This document shows, piece after piece, positions 19,184 through 29,334 of a DNA stretch of 64,000 bases. Every line of letters begins with the position of its first letter. The first letter of the stretch is position 1. The stretch lies in NCBI GenBank assembly GCA_900299195.1, contig OMIX01000098.1, forward strand, positions 27,302 through 91,301. Reading direction: 5' to 3'. The position numbers were made by a program, and so were the translations under genes. The notes below the pieces were generated by a model. The model was not told the DNA's origin and ran no database searches. It saw only the letters and a program-made list of their open reading frames with translations. This stretch comes from Deltaproteobacteria bacterium. Its GTDB lineage: Bacteria; Bdellovibrionota; FAC87; UBA2466.

Positions 19184-20467
19184 ATGGCAACTCAATCTGG
19201 GTCATTAATCGCTAAGAACGCTATTTTCCGTAACTTTTTGGCGGCAAGTTCCATTTCTCTCTTAGGCAATAATATTTTTGATATCGCCATCCCCCTCTAC
19301 ATCGTCCAGAAAACAACCGACCCCATGGTGTTGTCTTTGGCCAATCTAGCCTTAACTTTGCCCTTTTTTTTAATGGCCCCCTTTACCGGTTTCACCGTGG
19401 ACAATTTTGATAAGCGAAAAGTGATGCTGGCTAGCGATTTGGGACAAATTCTGTGTCTATTAGCTCTTTTGGTTTTCGAACACTACCAAACATCTCAATT
19501 TTGGCCGGTATTCTGTGTTATCTTTTTTGCTAAAACCCTCATGATCACTTTTGAAACGGTGGCTACCTTTCAATTGATCCCCGCCCTAGTCAAAGACAAC
19601 GACCTTAATGAAGCTAATTCTTGGTTTTTATCTTCTCAAAGATTGATTCAAATTCTCGGTCCCCTCATTGCGGGAATTCTAATGAGTACAAGCGGAATTA
19701 GAGCCTGCGTATGGACAAATATTTTTAGTTTTCTCGCTACGCTCTTTTTTGTTCTTAAAATGAAAAATCTAAACGAGATTATTTCGGGTGAAATTCATAC
19801 CCAATATAAAAGGAAAATGACGGTAGGAGGAGTGATAGACAGCTTTTTAGATTCTCTCAAATATGTTTGGGGGTCACCTCTATTTCGTCCTTTCATCCTA
19901 ATGATGTTTGTCTGGAATATGTCAGCTTTAGTTCCTAACACACCTTCGGTCATTTACTATTTTACAGTACAAAAGAATCTTAGCTCTTCGGAATATGGAA
20001 CTGTAGCATCGGCATTTGGCCTAGTGGGGGTGGTTGGATTTCTTCTTTCCGGAAAACTTTACCAGAAATACTTCTTTTATCGCCCATTTGTGTTTGGAAG
20101 TATTTTCTTTGCTCTCACGGGCAGTTTGTCCTTACTGTTTTTCAACCAACCCTACATTCTAGCAGCCCTATTTGCTCTTTCTAGAATTGGAAGTTCCGTC
20201 GTTACGATGGGAACTTTCTTACTGCGACAAACTAATATTCCAAAATCCAAGATGGGCGGGATTAATGCAGCTCTAAGAATGTTTTTTATGTCTTCGGCCC
20301 CTTTAGCAGCCCTTCTCCAAGGGTTTCTGATTAAACAATTTAACGTTAAACTTTCGTTTGTCGTAGGAGCCTTTTTCTTATGGGTGACGGTTTGGCTATC
20401 TAAAAGAGTTGCTGTCGCCTACTTAGCAGTTGGAACCAAAAAATCGGTTCACTATAAAGCAGCTTAA
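19184..20467 (+). CDS. MFS transporter (12-TM)
   Basis: 427-aa polytopic protein with an MFS-like repeat organisation. Divergent from lpxD. Confidence 0.65.
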   Translation: MATQSGSLIAKNAIFRNFLAASSISLLGNNIFDIAIPLYIVQKTTDPMVLSLANLALTLPFFLMAPFTGFTVDNFDKRKVMLASDLGQILCLLALLVFEHYQTSQFWPVFCVIFFAKTLMITFETVATFQLIPALVKDNDLNEANSWFLSSQRLIQILGPLIAGILMSTSGIRACVWTNIFSFLATLFFVLKMKNLNEIISGEIHTQYKRKMTVGGVIDSFLDSLKYVWGSPLFRPFILMMFVWNMSALVPNTPSVIYYFTVQKNLSSSEYGTVASAFGLVGVVGFLLSGKLYQKYFFYRPFVFGSIFFALTGSLSLLFFNQPYILAALFALSRIGSSVVTMGTFLLRQTNIPKSKMGGINAALRMFFMSSAPLAALLQGFLIKQFNVKLSFVVGAFFLWVTVWLSKRVAVAYLAVGTKKSVHYKAA

Positions 20468-20667
20468 TCCAATTTTTTCTTGGTTTTAGTTGAGTCCTCT
20501 GTTGCAGATTCATTGCCACCATCCTGCTCTTCGACTGGCAAACGATACTCCTCATTGGCCCATTTTCCTAAGTCGTGATTTTTACAAAACTCGCTACAAA
20601 AAGGGCGAAAAGGATTGTGTTCCCAAGATACGGCTTTATTACAGCAAGGACATTTCACGGTTTTCAT
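20464..20667 (-). CDS. yacG: DNA gyrase inhibitor YacG (zinc-ribbon)
   Basis: [36 protein letters not shown] matches CPxC...PFRPFCS.RC..IDLG.WA. Convergent with and overlapping the MFS gene by 4 nt. Confidence 0.7.
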   Translation of the reverse strand: MKTVKCPCCNKAVSWEHNPFRPFCSEFCKNHDLGKWANEEYRLPVEEQDGGNESATEDSTKTKKKLD

Positions 20668-20785
20668 AGCTTCTTATTTACCTCGAACAAGTGATATTTA
20701 ACAAGTTCTCCGGAACTGAAATAGAAATTAAAGGGAAGCTTTTTTTAATTATGACTGAAGATGAGGGGATTGGGCTAAAAGAGCC

Positions 20786-21955
20786 CTAAATAAGAACCTG
20801 CTGATAAATTTCCAACACGTCATTTGAGATGGCTTTCCAATTCAGATTTTTAGAAATCCAATTTTGTGATTGTTGAATCCAGTTTGAACGGATGGGCTGA
20901 TGAAGGCTTAAAATAGCCTCCATTTTTTTTGCTAATGCTACTTCTGAGTTCGATTCGTAAATGGCTTCGGGCACAAACTTTTTAACATATTCTGAACCCC
21001 CACTTTTTTCAGGAACCAAACAAAGAGTCCCAGCAGCAAAGGCTTCAAAGACTGTTCGACCAAAAGGCTCCTCAAATGCGGGGTAAATAACCGCTTGAGC
21101 ACCTCTTAAAACTTGATTCTTCTCTTCGCCATATTTGGGCTCCTCGAATTGAACGATATTTTCTAGACTTAGCTTTTTGATTAATGCTCGAAGTCTCACG
21201 TCATATTTTCTCTCTACCGGACCCATCAAACGTAGAGCACAGGAGTTGTTTTTATCGAAGAAAATTTTAAAGGCTCGAATCAAAAATTCGAGGTTTTTTC
21301 TGGGTTCAATCCTTCCCAAATACAGAAAGTACTGAGAACTCTGAGACATCGTGGGGCTTCGATCTGTAGAGTCGATTCCATTAGGAACCACTACCAAATT
21401 TTCGGCCTTAAGCGGGTAGGGTCGACAATGTTCTTTTTCAAATTCACTGAGCACAATTACCTTTGCAGCATGAGCCACTATCCAATTTCCCAAAAGAACA
21501 TTGAACATTTTTTTGATTCTTGGTTTTCGGTATCCCACCCACAACATTCCACGGGGGTGAAAAACATACGGCACACGGTACTTGTTACAGAGTCTGGCAA
21601 AAAAATAATTTTCCCAGTACCAGTGACCATTCAGGTGAAAGATATCGGCCTTGCTTACTGCTTTAGCCAACCTGTGGAAGGGAAAAAAATAGGCAATTAA
21701 GACCTCTATGGGCCTGAAGGCTTCGACCCTTCCTATCCCTTGAGTTTTAGCAAATTCGGGATCGACTCTGTTAAGCCTGGACAGGACGGTCACTTGATTT
21801 TTTTTCGATAATTCTGAGCTGAGAGCACTCTCAGAAAAAGCTGCGCCTCCAAAATGAGGGGCCAAGCTCGAAGTTAAAAAAAGAATATTCACAGAAGTAT
21901 TATACCACCTTGTATGCATTCGGTATTCATACGGTTGGCGCAGTATTTGAAACAC
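20786..21955 (-). CDS. Glycosyltransferase family 1 (GT4-like)
   Basis: C-terminal EPFGRTVFEAFAAGTLCLVPE is the GT-B/GT4 signature. Confidence 0.7.
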   Translation of the reverse strand: MFQILRQPYEYRMHTRWYNTSVNILFLTSSLAPHFGGAAFSESALSSELSKKNQVTVLSRLNRVDPEFAKTQGIGRVEAFRPIEVLIAYFFPFHRLAKAVSKADIFHLNGHWYWENYFFARLCNKYRVPYVFHPRGMLWVGYRKPRIKKMFNVLLGNWIVAHAAKVIVLSEFEKEHCRPYPLKAENLVVVPNGIDSTDRSPTMSQSSQYFLYLGRIEPRKNLEFLIRAFKIFFDKNNSCALRLMGPVERKYDVRLRALIKKLSLENIVQFEEPKYGEEKNQVLRGAQAVIYPAFEEPFGRTVFEAFAAGTLCLVPEKSGGSEYVKKFVPEAIYESNSEVALAKKMEAILSLHQPIRSNWIQQSQNWISKNLNWKAISNDVLEIYQQVLI

Positions 21956-21982
21956 TGTTTAAGGGTCAAATAGCTTTTTGCG

Positions 21983-22531
21983 GTGTTGCAGCGAACAGCA
22001 GTATCAGTGGGAGTTGTTTTGTTGAAGTTACTTAAATGTTTCGGTTTCGGATTGTTGGTTTTAGTTACAGGTTGTGGCCAAAAAGGGGCCCCGTCAGCGC
22101 CTTGGCCCGCGTCAGTTAAGTTTGACAAACTCTCAGAGACACAGAAACAATCCGTCTCAGAGATGTTAATGGATTTTTCTAAAGACATCGGGACTGAGAC
22201 TTTTTACTTTGATAACCGCAGTGCTCAATTTCAGCTCACCATCTCCTTACTGGGAGACCAAGACCAAAAGTCCTCAAAGGCAGGTCTTGCCACTTATAAC
22301 GGATCTTATTGTCTACTAGAATTGAGCCCGTTGGTATTTGAAGAATCTTACCAATCTTACTTACAACCCGTTCTGTGGCACGAGCTTGGACACTGCGCAG
22401 GCATGGAACACGATAAGAGTGTTGAAGAAATTATGTACTATTTGGCGAGGCCGAAAGGTTTTTACTCAGATTCGGCGATCTCACATTTCTTTAGTAGCTT
22501 TACAAGTTTAACATCGTTGATTTCGAAATAA
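21983..22531 (+). CDS. Small lipoprotein with a metzincin-type zinc-binding motif (mini metalloprotease candidate)
   Basis: Signal peptide with lipobox LVTGC. WHELGHCAGMEHD fits HExxHxxGxxH/D, followed about 8 residues later by a possible Met-turn (EEIMYYL). Confidence 0.45.
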   Translation: MLQRTAVSVGVVLLKLLKCFGFGLLVLVTGCGQKGAPSAPWPASVKFDKLSETQKQSVSEMLMDFSKDIGTETFYFDNRSAQFQLTISLLGDQDQKSSKAGLATYNGSYCLLELSPLVFEESYQSYLQPVLWHELGHCAGMEHDKSVEEIMYYLARPKGFYSDSAISHFFSSFTSLTSLISK

Positions 22532-22542
22532 CTAACGTCACT

Positions 22543-23127
22543 TCATCTACGATTGGTACCAAACATCAAGTTAACACCACAGGTGAAAGCATGAAGCTTT
22601 CCGACATTAGGAAGGAAGTAACCTGCTGTCAGCACTAAAGATGCCCAACTATATATTTTAATTTCAGCATTCACACTCGGATGAAAAAGAATAAAACCGC
22701 CAGAATTAATCTTTTGAACGATTTTGCTACTATCTGTTTCAAAGGTTACTTTTGAAATCGAATACCCACCGCCACCAATAAGCAACCTGGCATTAAACCA
22801 GTTACCAATGACATACTCACCCACCATACCACCGTAACCCAAACCAAAGGATAAGTTATCCGAACCATTCCAGAGAAATCCACCGCCACCTCCACCGCCT
22901 AAACGAAACTTAGAAGTTGCCCATGCATAACCAATTCCCCCAATCACAATAGGACTTCCGGTAACCCCTGGATCAAACCGCGATAACGGATTAGCGTGGT
23001 ATTCCAGAAAAGGCCCACCTCGTCCTCCACCCGCAGTCGAAGTCTCTGCCATCACTCCCATGGGGAACAGTAACAAAACAAATCCAATAAAAACTTTTAG
23101 GAATGTTTCTTTTGAGATCATGATCAA
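22543..23127 (-). CDS. Glycine-rich secreted/outer-membrane protein
   Basis: Signal peptide, then GGGRGGPF, GGGGGGGFLWNGSDNLSFGLGYGG and IGGGGYSI tracts alternating with amphipathic beta-like segments. Confidence 0.45.
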   Translation of the reverse strand: MIMISKETFLKVFIGFVLLLFPMGVMAETSTAGGGRGGPFLEYHANPLSRFDPGVTGSPIVIGGIGYAWATSKFRLGGGGGGGFLWNGSDNLSFGLGYGGMVGEYVIGNWFNARLLIGGGGYSISKVTFETDSSKIVQKINSGGFILFHPSVNAEIKIYSWASLVLTAGYFLPNVGKLHAFTCGVNLMFGTNRR

Positions 23128-23237
23128 ATTTCTGTTTGGAAAATCGCGTTTCTAAAATTCTAGGGAAGAAAACGAAGGTATAGTTTAATTGTAGACCATT
23201 TTCATCTTGGGAAACACCGTTAAAAGCACAAATAACT

Positions 23238-24287
23238 TTAGTTGGAATTTGGCTCGTTGAGTCTTCCGATAGCGTGCGGTGTGCCTTCAATCCTTCCAGC
23301 AGGGGTAATCTCCATAAACTGAGCTTTTCGCTGTAAATCTTTAATGGTTAGGGCGCCGCAGTAAGTCATTCCGGATCGAATGCCCCCCATAATATCCTGG
23401 ATGACATTTTTCATGGGACCTTTGCAAACCACATCAATGGAAACTCCCTCTGCAGTCTTCCAATCAGACATTCCCCCCATGAAATCATCTTGGGCCTCTT
23501 TAGAAGCCATTCCTCTAAAGCGTTTAAACTTAACTTTCTTGCCGTTGATCTCAGTTTCAATTTGAGTTCCAGGAGTCTCATCGGTTCCCGCTAACATTCC
23601 CCCAAGCATCACAAAATCGGCTCCAGCAGCCAAGGCTTTAACTGCATCTGAGGGAAAACGGGTGCCTCCATCTGAAATGAGAACACGATCTACTTTTCGA
23701 CAATCTTGCAACGCAGAAAGTTGTGGCACTCCAAAACCGGTTTTAATTCTCGTTGAACAAACGGAACCAGACCCAATTCCCACTTTGATCACATCTGCTC
23801 CAGCAGCAGCCAAATAATCAGCCCCAGCATAAGTCGCCACATTACCAGCAATGATCAAAACATGATTCCCATGACTTTCTCTGAGCGTTTTAATCGAACG
23901 ATTTACTTCTTTAGAATGTCCGTGAGCCACATCCACACAAATCATAGTAGCCCCAGCAGAAATAAGAGCTTCCGCTCTATCGAGACCATCCTTTCCAATT
24001 CCGATCGAAACCGCTACTTTGTCTTTATTTTTTAAGTTCCGAAACATTTTCACATTGTCGTCGATTGAAATAAACCGATGCAAAATAGCCATCCCGCCCA
24101 AATCGGTCATCGCATTTGCCATTTCTGTCTCGGTAATTGTATCCATATTGGAACTGATGAGAGGTATTCCAAAGTTTTTTCCTAAAAGCTCAACCGAAGT
24201 TGTTACATTTTGACGAGACTTAATACCATTGTATCCCGGAACCAAGATCACATCGTCAAACGTCAAACCCTTAAAGTTGCTAAGCAC
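23238..24287 (-). CDS. guaC: GMP reductase / IMPDH-family (beta/alpha)8 enzyme without CBS domains
   Basis: FDDVILVPG...SSNMDTITE...GIGSGSVCSTRIKTGFGVPQLSAL...GGMLAGTDE. The 349-aa length fits GuaC rather than GuaB. Confidence 0.65.
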   Translation of the reverse strand: MLSNFKGLTFDDVILVPGYNGIKSRQNVTTSVELLGKNFGIPLISSNMDTITETEMANAMTDLGGMAILHRFISIDDNVKMFRNLKNKDKVAVSIGIGKDGLDRAEALISAGATMICVDVAHGHSKEVNRSIKTLRESHGNHVLIIAGNVATYAGADYLAAAGADVIKVGIGSGSVCSTRIKTGFGVPQLSALQDCRKVDRVLISDGGTRFPSDAVKALAAGADFVMLGGMLAGTDETPGTQIETEINGKKVKFKRFRGMASKEAQDDFMGGMSDWKTAEGVSIDVVCKGPMKNVIQDIMGGIRSGMTYCGALTIKDLQRKAQFMEITPAGRIEGTPHAIGRLNEPNSN

Positions 24288-24395
24288 AAAACCCCCCAGA
24301 AAAAGGAATAGAATTTTTACTCTTAATATGTGCTCGGCAATAACCCTTACGTCAAGTCACCATTAGGCAGGGAACCTCATACCCTTGATGACGCG

Positions 24396-24944
24396 CTACG
24401 GAAGACTAAATTGGGCATTAAAATTGAGGGAGCAGATGACTGTATTACCTAAATATCCAGGTCGAATCTGTGCTCTAAGGGCAAGATTGTCTTGAAAGCG
24501 TTGGGTATAAGCCAAATCGACTAGAGCCACGAAGTTAGTGGTTTTTACCTTGGAGAGTCTATTGGCAAATCCTGCCCCTGCATAAAACCCCAAGTCGAAT
24601 GTCTTTCTGGAATCTGAAAAAAAAGAATTCTCAAGCCATCCTCCCACCAAAACGTTTAGATTTGAACCAGGAGAAAACAACATAAAAGAGATTTCTGGAC
24701 CCAAATAAAACGCAGTCTTCTGGCTCAACAATTTCCCGAACTGGAAACCTGAGATCACAGCAGAGCCGGAAATTAAATTCAATCCGAACTGAGTATTTAG
24801 TTTCATCCTAGGAAAATCGTTTGTTGGAATTTTGACAATGACTGGCTTTTTGAGTTCTTTTTTAACCTTAGAAACTGAAAAACTTTGGGAACAAAGCACA
24901 AATTGGCTTACAATAACCCAAAGAAAAAGTCTTTTTTTCATCAT
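24396..24944 (-). CDS. Small outer-membrane beta-barrel-like protein (OmpW/OmpA-TM-like)
   Basis: Signal peptide and alternating hydrophobic beta-strand pattern, 182 aa. Confidence 0.4.
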   Translation of the reverse strand: MMKKRLFLWVIVSQFVLCSQSFSVSKVKKELKKPVIVKIPTNDFPRMKLNTQFGLNLISGSAVISGFQFGKLLSQKTAFYLGPEISFMLFSPGSNLNVLVGGWLENSFFSDSRKTFDLGFYAGAGFANRLSKVKTTNFVALVDLAYTQRFQDNLALRAQIRPGYLGNTVICSLNFNAQFSLP

Positions 24945-24972
24945 TTGAGTCTATCTCAATTAGAAAAAAACC

Positions 24973-27555
24973 ATGAACAAAAAACATTTACTGTTAATTT
25001 TTTGTTTTACTTTGGTAGCGTCTGCAACAACCCTCTGGTTTCTTTTGCCCTCCCAATCTTTGATGGAATCGACTGTCGTGTATATTTTGTCTCAATCCCG
25101 AAGGACTGGGATTAATATCTCTTTTGACCAGCAGATTCCCCCTGAGAAATCCCTCTTAGAACTCAAGAATGTTAAGATTGATTCCTCTCGTTTTCACTTT
25201 TCAGGAACTATCGATAACATTTTTTTCGATTCCAAACTTAAGTTGGCTTGGCCTCCGATTCAACTGACAGCCAATCTTAAAAGAGTTCGGCTATGGAAAA
25301 CCCCTAGCCCTGATTCGGACAAAGAAGAAATAAACGAGGCACCTCCAACCGAAGTCTCTCTAAAAAACAAAGGATTACTGAGCCTCTCAAAAATGGAAGT
25401 AACCGTTGACAATATAGAGATACCTGAACTCCACCTTAAAAAAGCTTCCCTGAAATTATTTCTGGAGGACCCGTATTTTAGATACCATCAAATTGATCAA
25501 CTCCAACTTAAACATGAATTTCAAATTAAAGAATGGTTTCCCATCGGACATTTTCCATTTCCAGAGATCCAAGCTCAGGGAAGTTTGTCGCTGTTTCGTT
25601 CTTCAGTAGCCACTGAAAACACCGAAATAGGGATTGGCCCCTTAAGAATTCAATCAAACGGAAAATATGATTTAGCCTCCCAAAAATGGTCATTTGATGT
25701 CGAGTTACCATCGAAAGAAGTTAAGTCCGCAGAGCCGTCTGAATTAAAACAAATATCTCCCTTTTTAGAAAAACTGGATGGGGTTATTTTTTTAAAGGCC
25801 TCGATGCAAGGATTGGGTTTCGACCCGAATACCATCAATTACGAGGGGAAAATTTCCTGCGATCATTTGAATCTTAAACTCAATCATCCCAATATCAAAG
25901 GTCCTGCAATTTTGAACCTGAGTTCAATATTTAGAAAATCGGAATCAGCTGTTTCAGAGTCTCAATTAAATTTCAATTTAAGTGAGACAACCATCCAGCA
26001 TTCCAACAAATTTACTAAACCAACTTTAGTTCCTTTTGAGTTATCCCTTTTCGTTAAGGGGTTAGAAAATAAATACGATTTGATTTCTGGAAAACTGATA
26101 TTCAACAACTTGAAAACTGAAATTCAAGGAACCTTATTGGATGGTCCAAAACTGACGGCTCAAATTACAGGAAAGGTCCCTTTAACATCATTGCTTGAGT
26201 GGGAGAAATTTTGGCCTCTCTTACCCCCTCTCAAAACACAAGGAACCGTGGAAGCAATGTTTTCCTATGTCGGCGCCCTTAAAGATTGGAAGACTTCTGA
26301 CATCGATTTGTCATTAAAAGCCAAAGATGTTGTTTTTCCACTTTTCAGCCCGGCTCAGTCTAACTCAAAGTTTTTTCTAAACGGGCTAACTAAAATCACA
26401 ACCGATACACGTTTTGTGACTCACCAAGGAAATTTGAAGAAACTGTCGTCTGTCTCATTCATTGATCTCGAACAAGCTAATCTAAAGTACAGTAGCCTAT
26501 TTACTAAACCTCTGGGATTGCCCACCTCCGCCTACCTCTCGCTTACAACTGAAGCTAATCAAACACACGGTTTCAAGGGTGAATTGAACTTGGGTAATAT
26601 AAAAACTCTCATCTCTGGAAGACTACTTCATCAACCCAAACTAGAGTATCGCTTACGCTTTTCGACACTCCCATATTCTGTCACCGTGCTTGACACCTTA
26701 AGTCCTTCACTCAAATCTAAAAATTTTAGATTCAGTAAAGGAACCCTTTCTCATTTGTTAGAGCTTGATGGTGGATTTACTCATATCCCTCATTGGAAGC
26801 TGTCGTTTCATTCGCAGCCACTCTTTTCTGACACTTTGGGAGGAGAGTTAACCACGCAAGGAAACTGCAGTAACGCCACCCAAACTGTAGCTTGCAACCA
26901 AACGATCAACCTGAAAAAAGTTAGCCTGGAAAAGACGGTTGGTATTTTCTTCCCGGAGTATCATCAACCGGTCACAGGAGAACTCTCGGCACAGACTACC
27001 TATGCTTTCACGCTCAATAAAGATTTAGACTCCCCAGAAGCCGCCAAAACTAACGGGAACTTTACCGTTTTGGGGCTAAATCTCTCAAATCCTGCTATTT
27101 CGACAAAGATAATCGACAAATTGAAGTTGTCTTATCATTTCTCGCCTTTTCTTAAAAAAAGCTCTTCAGTAGAGATCCCTTTGAGTACCAAGGGCAAGTT
27201 TTCCCAACAAGATGGAGTGGTTTTCCTATCAGAAGTAAATTCAAAAAACCCATACTACGAAATGAGAATACCTAAGTTAAGCTGGAACAACGCTAAAACT
27301 TTGGTTGCAAGTGGGCAGTGGATTCCAAGTTCTAAACTAATCTCAAAGCCAGGACTTAAGTTGTTAAAAAATTCTGCTGGATATCCCAGTATCCCTTTTA
27401 AACTTGAAGGTTCAATTTCTAGCCCACAGGTAAAAATAGATTACTCAGTACTTTCATCGAACATTTCTGAGAACACTAAAAGATCCAACACCGGCTCAAC
27501 ACACAAATCCAGCTCGAAGTATGGACAAAAGATGAGCGCCCTAACGGGGAGGTAG
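24973..27555 (+). CDS. Large (860 aa) membrane-anchored periplasmic protein, AsmA/TamB-like candidate
   Basis: N-terminal TM anchor, then a very long beta-rich, low-complexity-poor region. No catalytic motifs. Envelope-biogenesis neighbourhood. Confidence 0.35.
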   Translation: MNKKHLLLIFCFTLVASATTLWFLLPSQSLMESTVVYILSQSRRTGINISFDQQIPPEKSLLELKNVKIDSSRFHFSGTIDNIFFDSKLKLAWPPIQLTANLKRVRLWKTPSPDSDKEEINEAPPTEVSLKNKGLLSLSKMEVTVDNIEIPELHLKKASLKLFLEDPYFRYHQIDQLQLKHEFQIKEWFPIGHFPFPEIQAQGSLSLFRSSVATENTEIGIGPLRIQSNGKYDLASQKWSFDVELPSKEVKSAEPSELKQISPFLEKLDGVIFLKASMQGLGFDPNTINYEGKISCDHLNLKLNHPNIKGPAILNLSSIFRKSESAVSESQLNFNLSETTIQHSNKFTKPTLVPFELSLFVKGLENKYDLISGKLIFNNLKTEIQGTLLDGPKLTAQITGKVPLTSLLEWEKFWPLLPPLKTQGTVEAMFSYVGALKDWKTSDIDLSLKAKDVVFPLFSPAQSNSKFFLNGLTKITTDTRFVTHQGNLKKLSSVSFIDLEQANLKYSSLFTKPLGLPTSAYLSLTTEANQTHGFKGELNLGNIKTLISGRLLHQPKLEYRLRFSTLPYSVTVLDTLSPSLKSKNFRFSKGTLSHLLELDGGFTHIPHWKLSFHSQPLFSDTLGGELTTQGNCSNATQTVACNQTINLKKVSLEKTVGIFFPEYHQPVTGELSAQTTYAFTLNKDLDSPEAAKTNGNFTVLGLNLSNPAISTKIIDKLKLSYHFSPFLKKSSSVEIPLSTKGKFSQQDGVVFLSEVNSKNPYYEMRIPKLSWNNAKTLVASGQWIPSSKLISKPGLKLLKNSAGYPSIPFKLEGSISSPQVKIDYSVLSSNISENTKRSNTGSTHKSSSKYGQKMSALTGR

Positions 27556-27557
27556 TT

Positions 27558-28610
27558 TTATTTATTACCTTTAACTGGCCTTAGATTCTCGAGAAATTCC
27601 TCTTGGTACTTACTAATTGCTGTCACCATTTTGCCTTTAAACAAGGCCCTTATTAATGAGGATTTTTTTAACTCGTCGATCTCCATGACATCGGTGAAAA
27701 CCACCGCCGACTCCGCAGGCTTTGTCGGCACACCGAAGACTTCGTACAAACTGAGAGAAGAATCGAAATAGTGGTTCGTGTAAATCGGAAGTTCAAAAAA
27801 GAGCGCCCTGCCATTTTCTTGAAACTCCATGTCTTCTGAGATTCTTAAAATGGGCTGCATCTGGTCTGGAGCAATATTTACCATCTCTTGCCGTATCCAA
27901 GAGTCTGAGGGCTTTCCAGGATCTTGAGGAGCCTTCCAAAGAGTTTTCCTAAGAAATTGATAAGTCCCTGAGCTTATTCGGAGAGTGGGGATCAGATCCA
28001 CCATTTTGATGATATAGGGCTCATTGCTTTTTCTATCCTCGTAACCCATCAGCTCTCTAGTTTGAAGATAACTTTTTAATCTTTCGTATAAAACTTGGCG
28101 GTAAGTGTCTTTTTTCTTTTTGGTCTTAACAATCCGAGCGACCTCGGTCTCGGTTCTTAATTTCATTAAACACTTTTCTTTATTACACTCTTGGATCGCT
28201 TCCATTTGCTTTTCTTCAGAAATTTGATCGGGTAACTGGTATTTTTCTAAAAGAAAGTTTTCAATCGGTTCTCCGGTTTTTGAGAACGCGGTTTTTACTT
28301 TCAGAGAATTTTTCTTAAGTTCACTTCTCACCAACTCAGTCATTTCAGCTACAGACAAATGAAATTTCTTAGCTGAGCGCACAATAAGAAAAGGCTCTGA
28401 GTAGTCATCCCAAGATGAAATTTCTTCAGTGGATAACTGGGAAAATTTGGGGAGATTGCTTTCCGGTTGGGAAAGAGCCGTTCCACAAAATAACGCTAGA
28501 GCTAGAACAGCTAGAGGCCTACAATAGGAGCTCAGAACCTTCCTCTTGGAAAAGTTTTTAATAGGAAATAGTCTCTGCTTGAACATGGGAACCCGATTGT
28601 GTGATTTCAT
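27558..28610 (-). CDS. Secreted hypothetical protein (350 aa)
   Basis: Signal peptide (RPLAVLALALFCGTALSQPE). No recognised domains. Confidence 0.5.
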   Translation of the reverse strand: MKSHNRVPMFKQRLFPIKNFSKRKVLSSYCRPLAVLALALFCGTALSQPESNLPKFSQLSTEEISSWDDYSEPFLIVRSAKKFHLSVAEMTELVRSELKKNSLKVKTAFSKTGEPIENFLLEKYQLPDQISEEKQMEAIQECNKEKCLMKLRTETEVARIVKTKKKKDTYRQVLYERLKSYLQTRELMGYEDRKSNEPYIIKMVDLIPTLRISSGTYQFLRKTLWKAPQDPGKPSDSWIRQEMVNIAPDQMQPILRISEDMEFQENGRALFFELPIYTNHYFDSSLSLYEVFGVPTKPAESAVVFTDVMEIDELKKSSLIRALFKGKMVTAISKYQEEFLENLRPVKGNK

Positions 28611-29319
28611 AGTCGAACATGCTCAAATACATTTGAGCTGATTTGTTTTCGGGATCTAAAAGTAGAGCCTCTTTCCATTCACGATAGGCCTCTTTGAGTT
28701 TCCTCAGGGAATGGTACAGAATTCCTAATTGAATTTTAGCTTCGACATGCTTGGGTTGAGTCTCTATTGCCTTTTTTAACAAACTCAATGCCCCTTCTTT
28801 ATTGCCTGTTTTTGAAAGACATCGAGCCATCTGAATAGCACTCACAATATTTTCAGGCTCCAAATTAAAAGCCTTAGAAAATTCATGGTGCGCCTCTAAA
28901 AATCTCTCGTATTTCATGTAAGCCATTCCGAGATTAAAATGACTTTTAGCCAGGCCCTGATTGATTCTTGGATCAAACCCAGGCTGCGTGTTTTCTAGTC
29001 TCTTTCTGGCATTCTGGTAGACCATTGCAGCTTCTTTGTAATTTCCCACATCGTTTTGTAAGCTGCTTAACGCGATAGCAGCTTCCGTATGGGCTGGATC
29101 CAGAAGCAAAGCCTTCTTGAATGCAAGGATGGCTTTCTTGAACTTTCCACGTTTGGAATAAACATTCCCTAAAAGATGAAATGCCTCAGGAGATTGATTG
29201 TTTAAAAGTATCGCTTGTTCAAGGTTCTTTTCAGCGGTTGAAATTTGATTACGATTGATGTCTTCACGAGCTAGTTGCAACAACTCTTCAAGCGATTGAG
29301 TCTTGGGCATCATCGGCAT
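28558..29319 (-). CDS. TPR-repeat protein
   Basis: Multiple 34-aa TPR units (AFHLLGNVYSKRGKFKKAILAFKKALLLDP...). Confidence 0.65.
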   Translation of the reverse strand: MPMMPKTQSLEELLQLAREDINRNQISTAEKNLEQAILLNNQSPEAFHLLGNVYSKRGKFKKAILAFKKALLLDPAHTEAAIALSSLQNDVGNYKEAAMVYQNARKRLENTQPGFDPRINQGLAKSHFNLGMAYMKYERFLEAHHEFSKAFNLEPENIVSAIQMARCLSKTGNKEGALSLLKKAIETQPKHVEAKIQLGILYHSLRKLKEAYREWKEALLLDPENKSAQMYLSMFDYEITQSGSHVQAETISY

Positions 29320-29334
29320 TGAAATTATCCTTAG

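Noticed and set aside
20740-20785. Hairpin gggctaaaagagccc after the GT1 gene as an intrinsic terminator
   Set aside because: On the transcribed (minus) strand the stem is not followed by a U-run.
28558-28610. 52-nt overlap between the TPR gene and the upstream secreted-protein gene as a frameshift or pseudogene
   Set aside because: Both ORFs are full length with sensible N-termini. The overlap shrinks to about 29 nt with the internal Met start. This is ordinary operon overlap.
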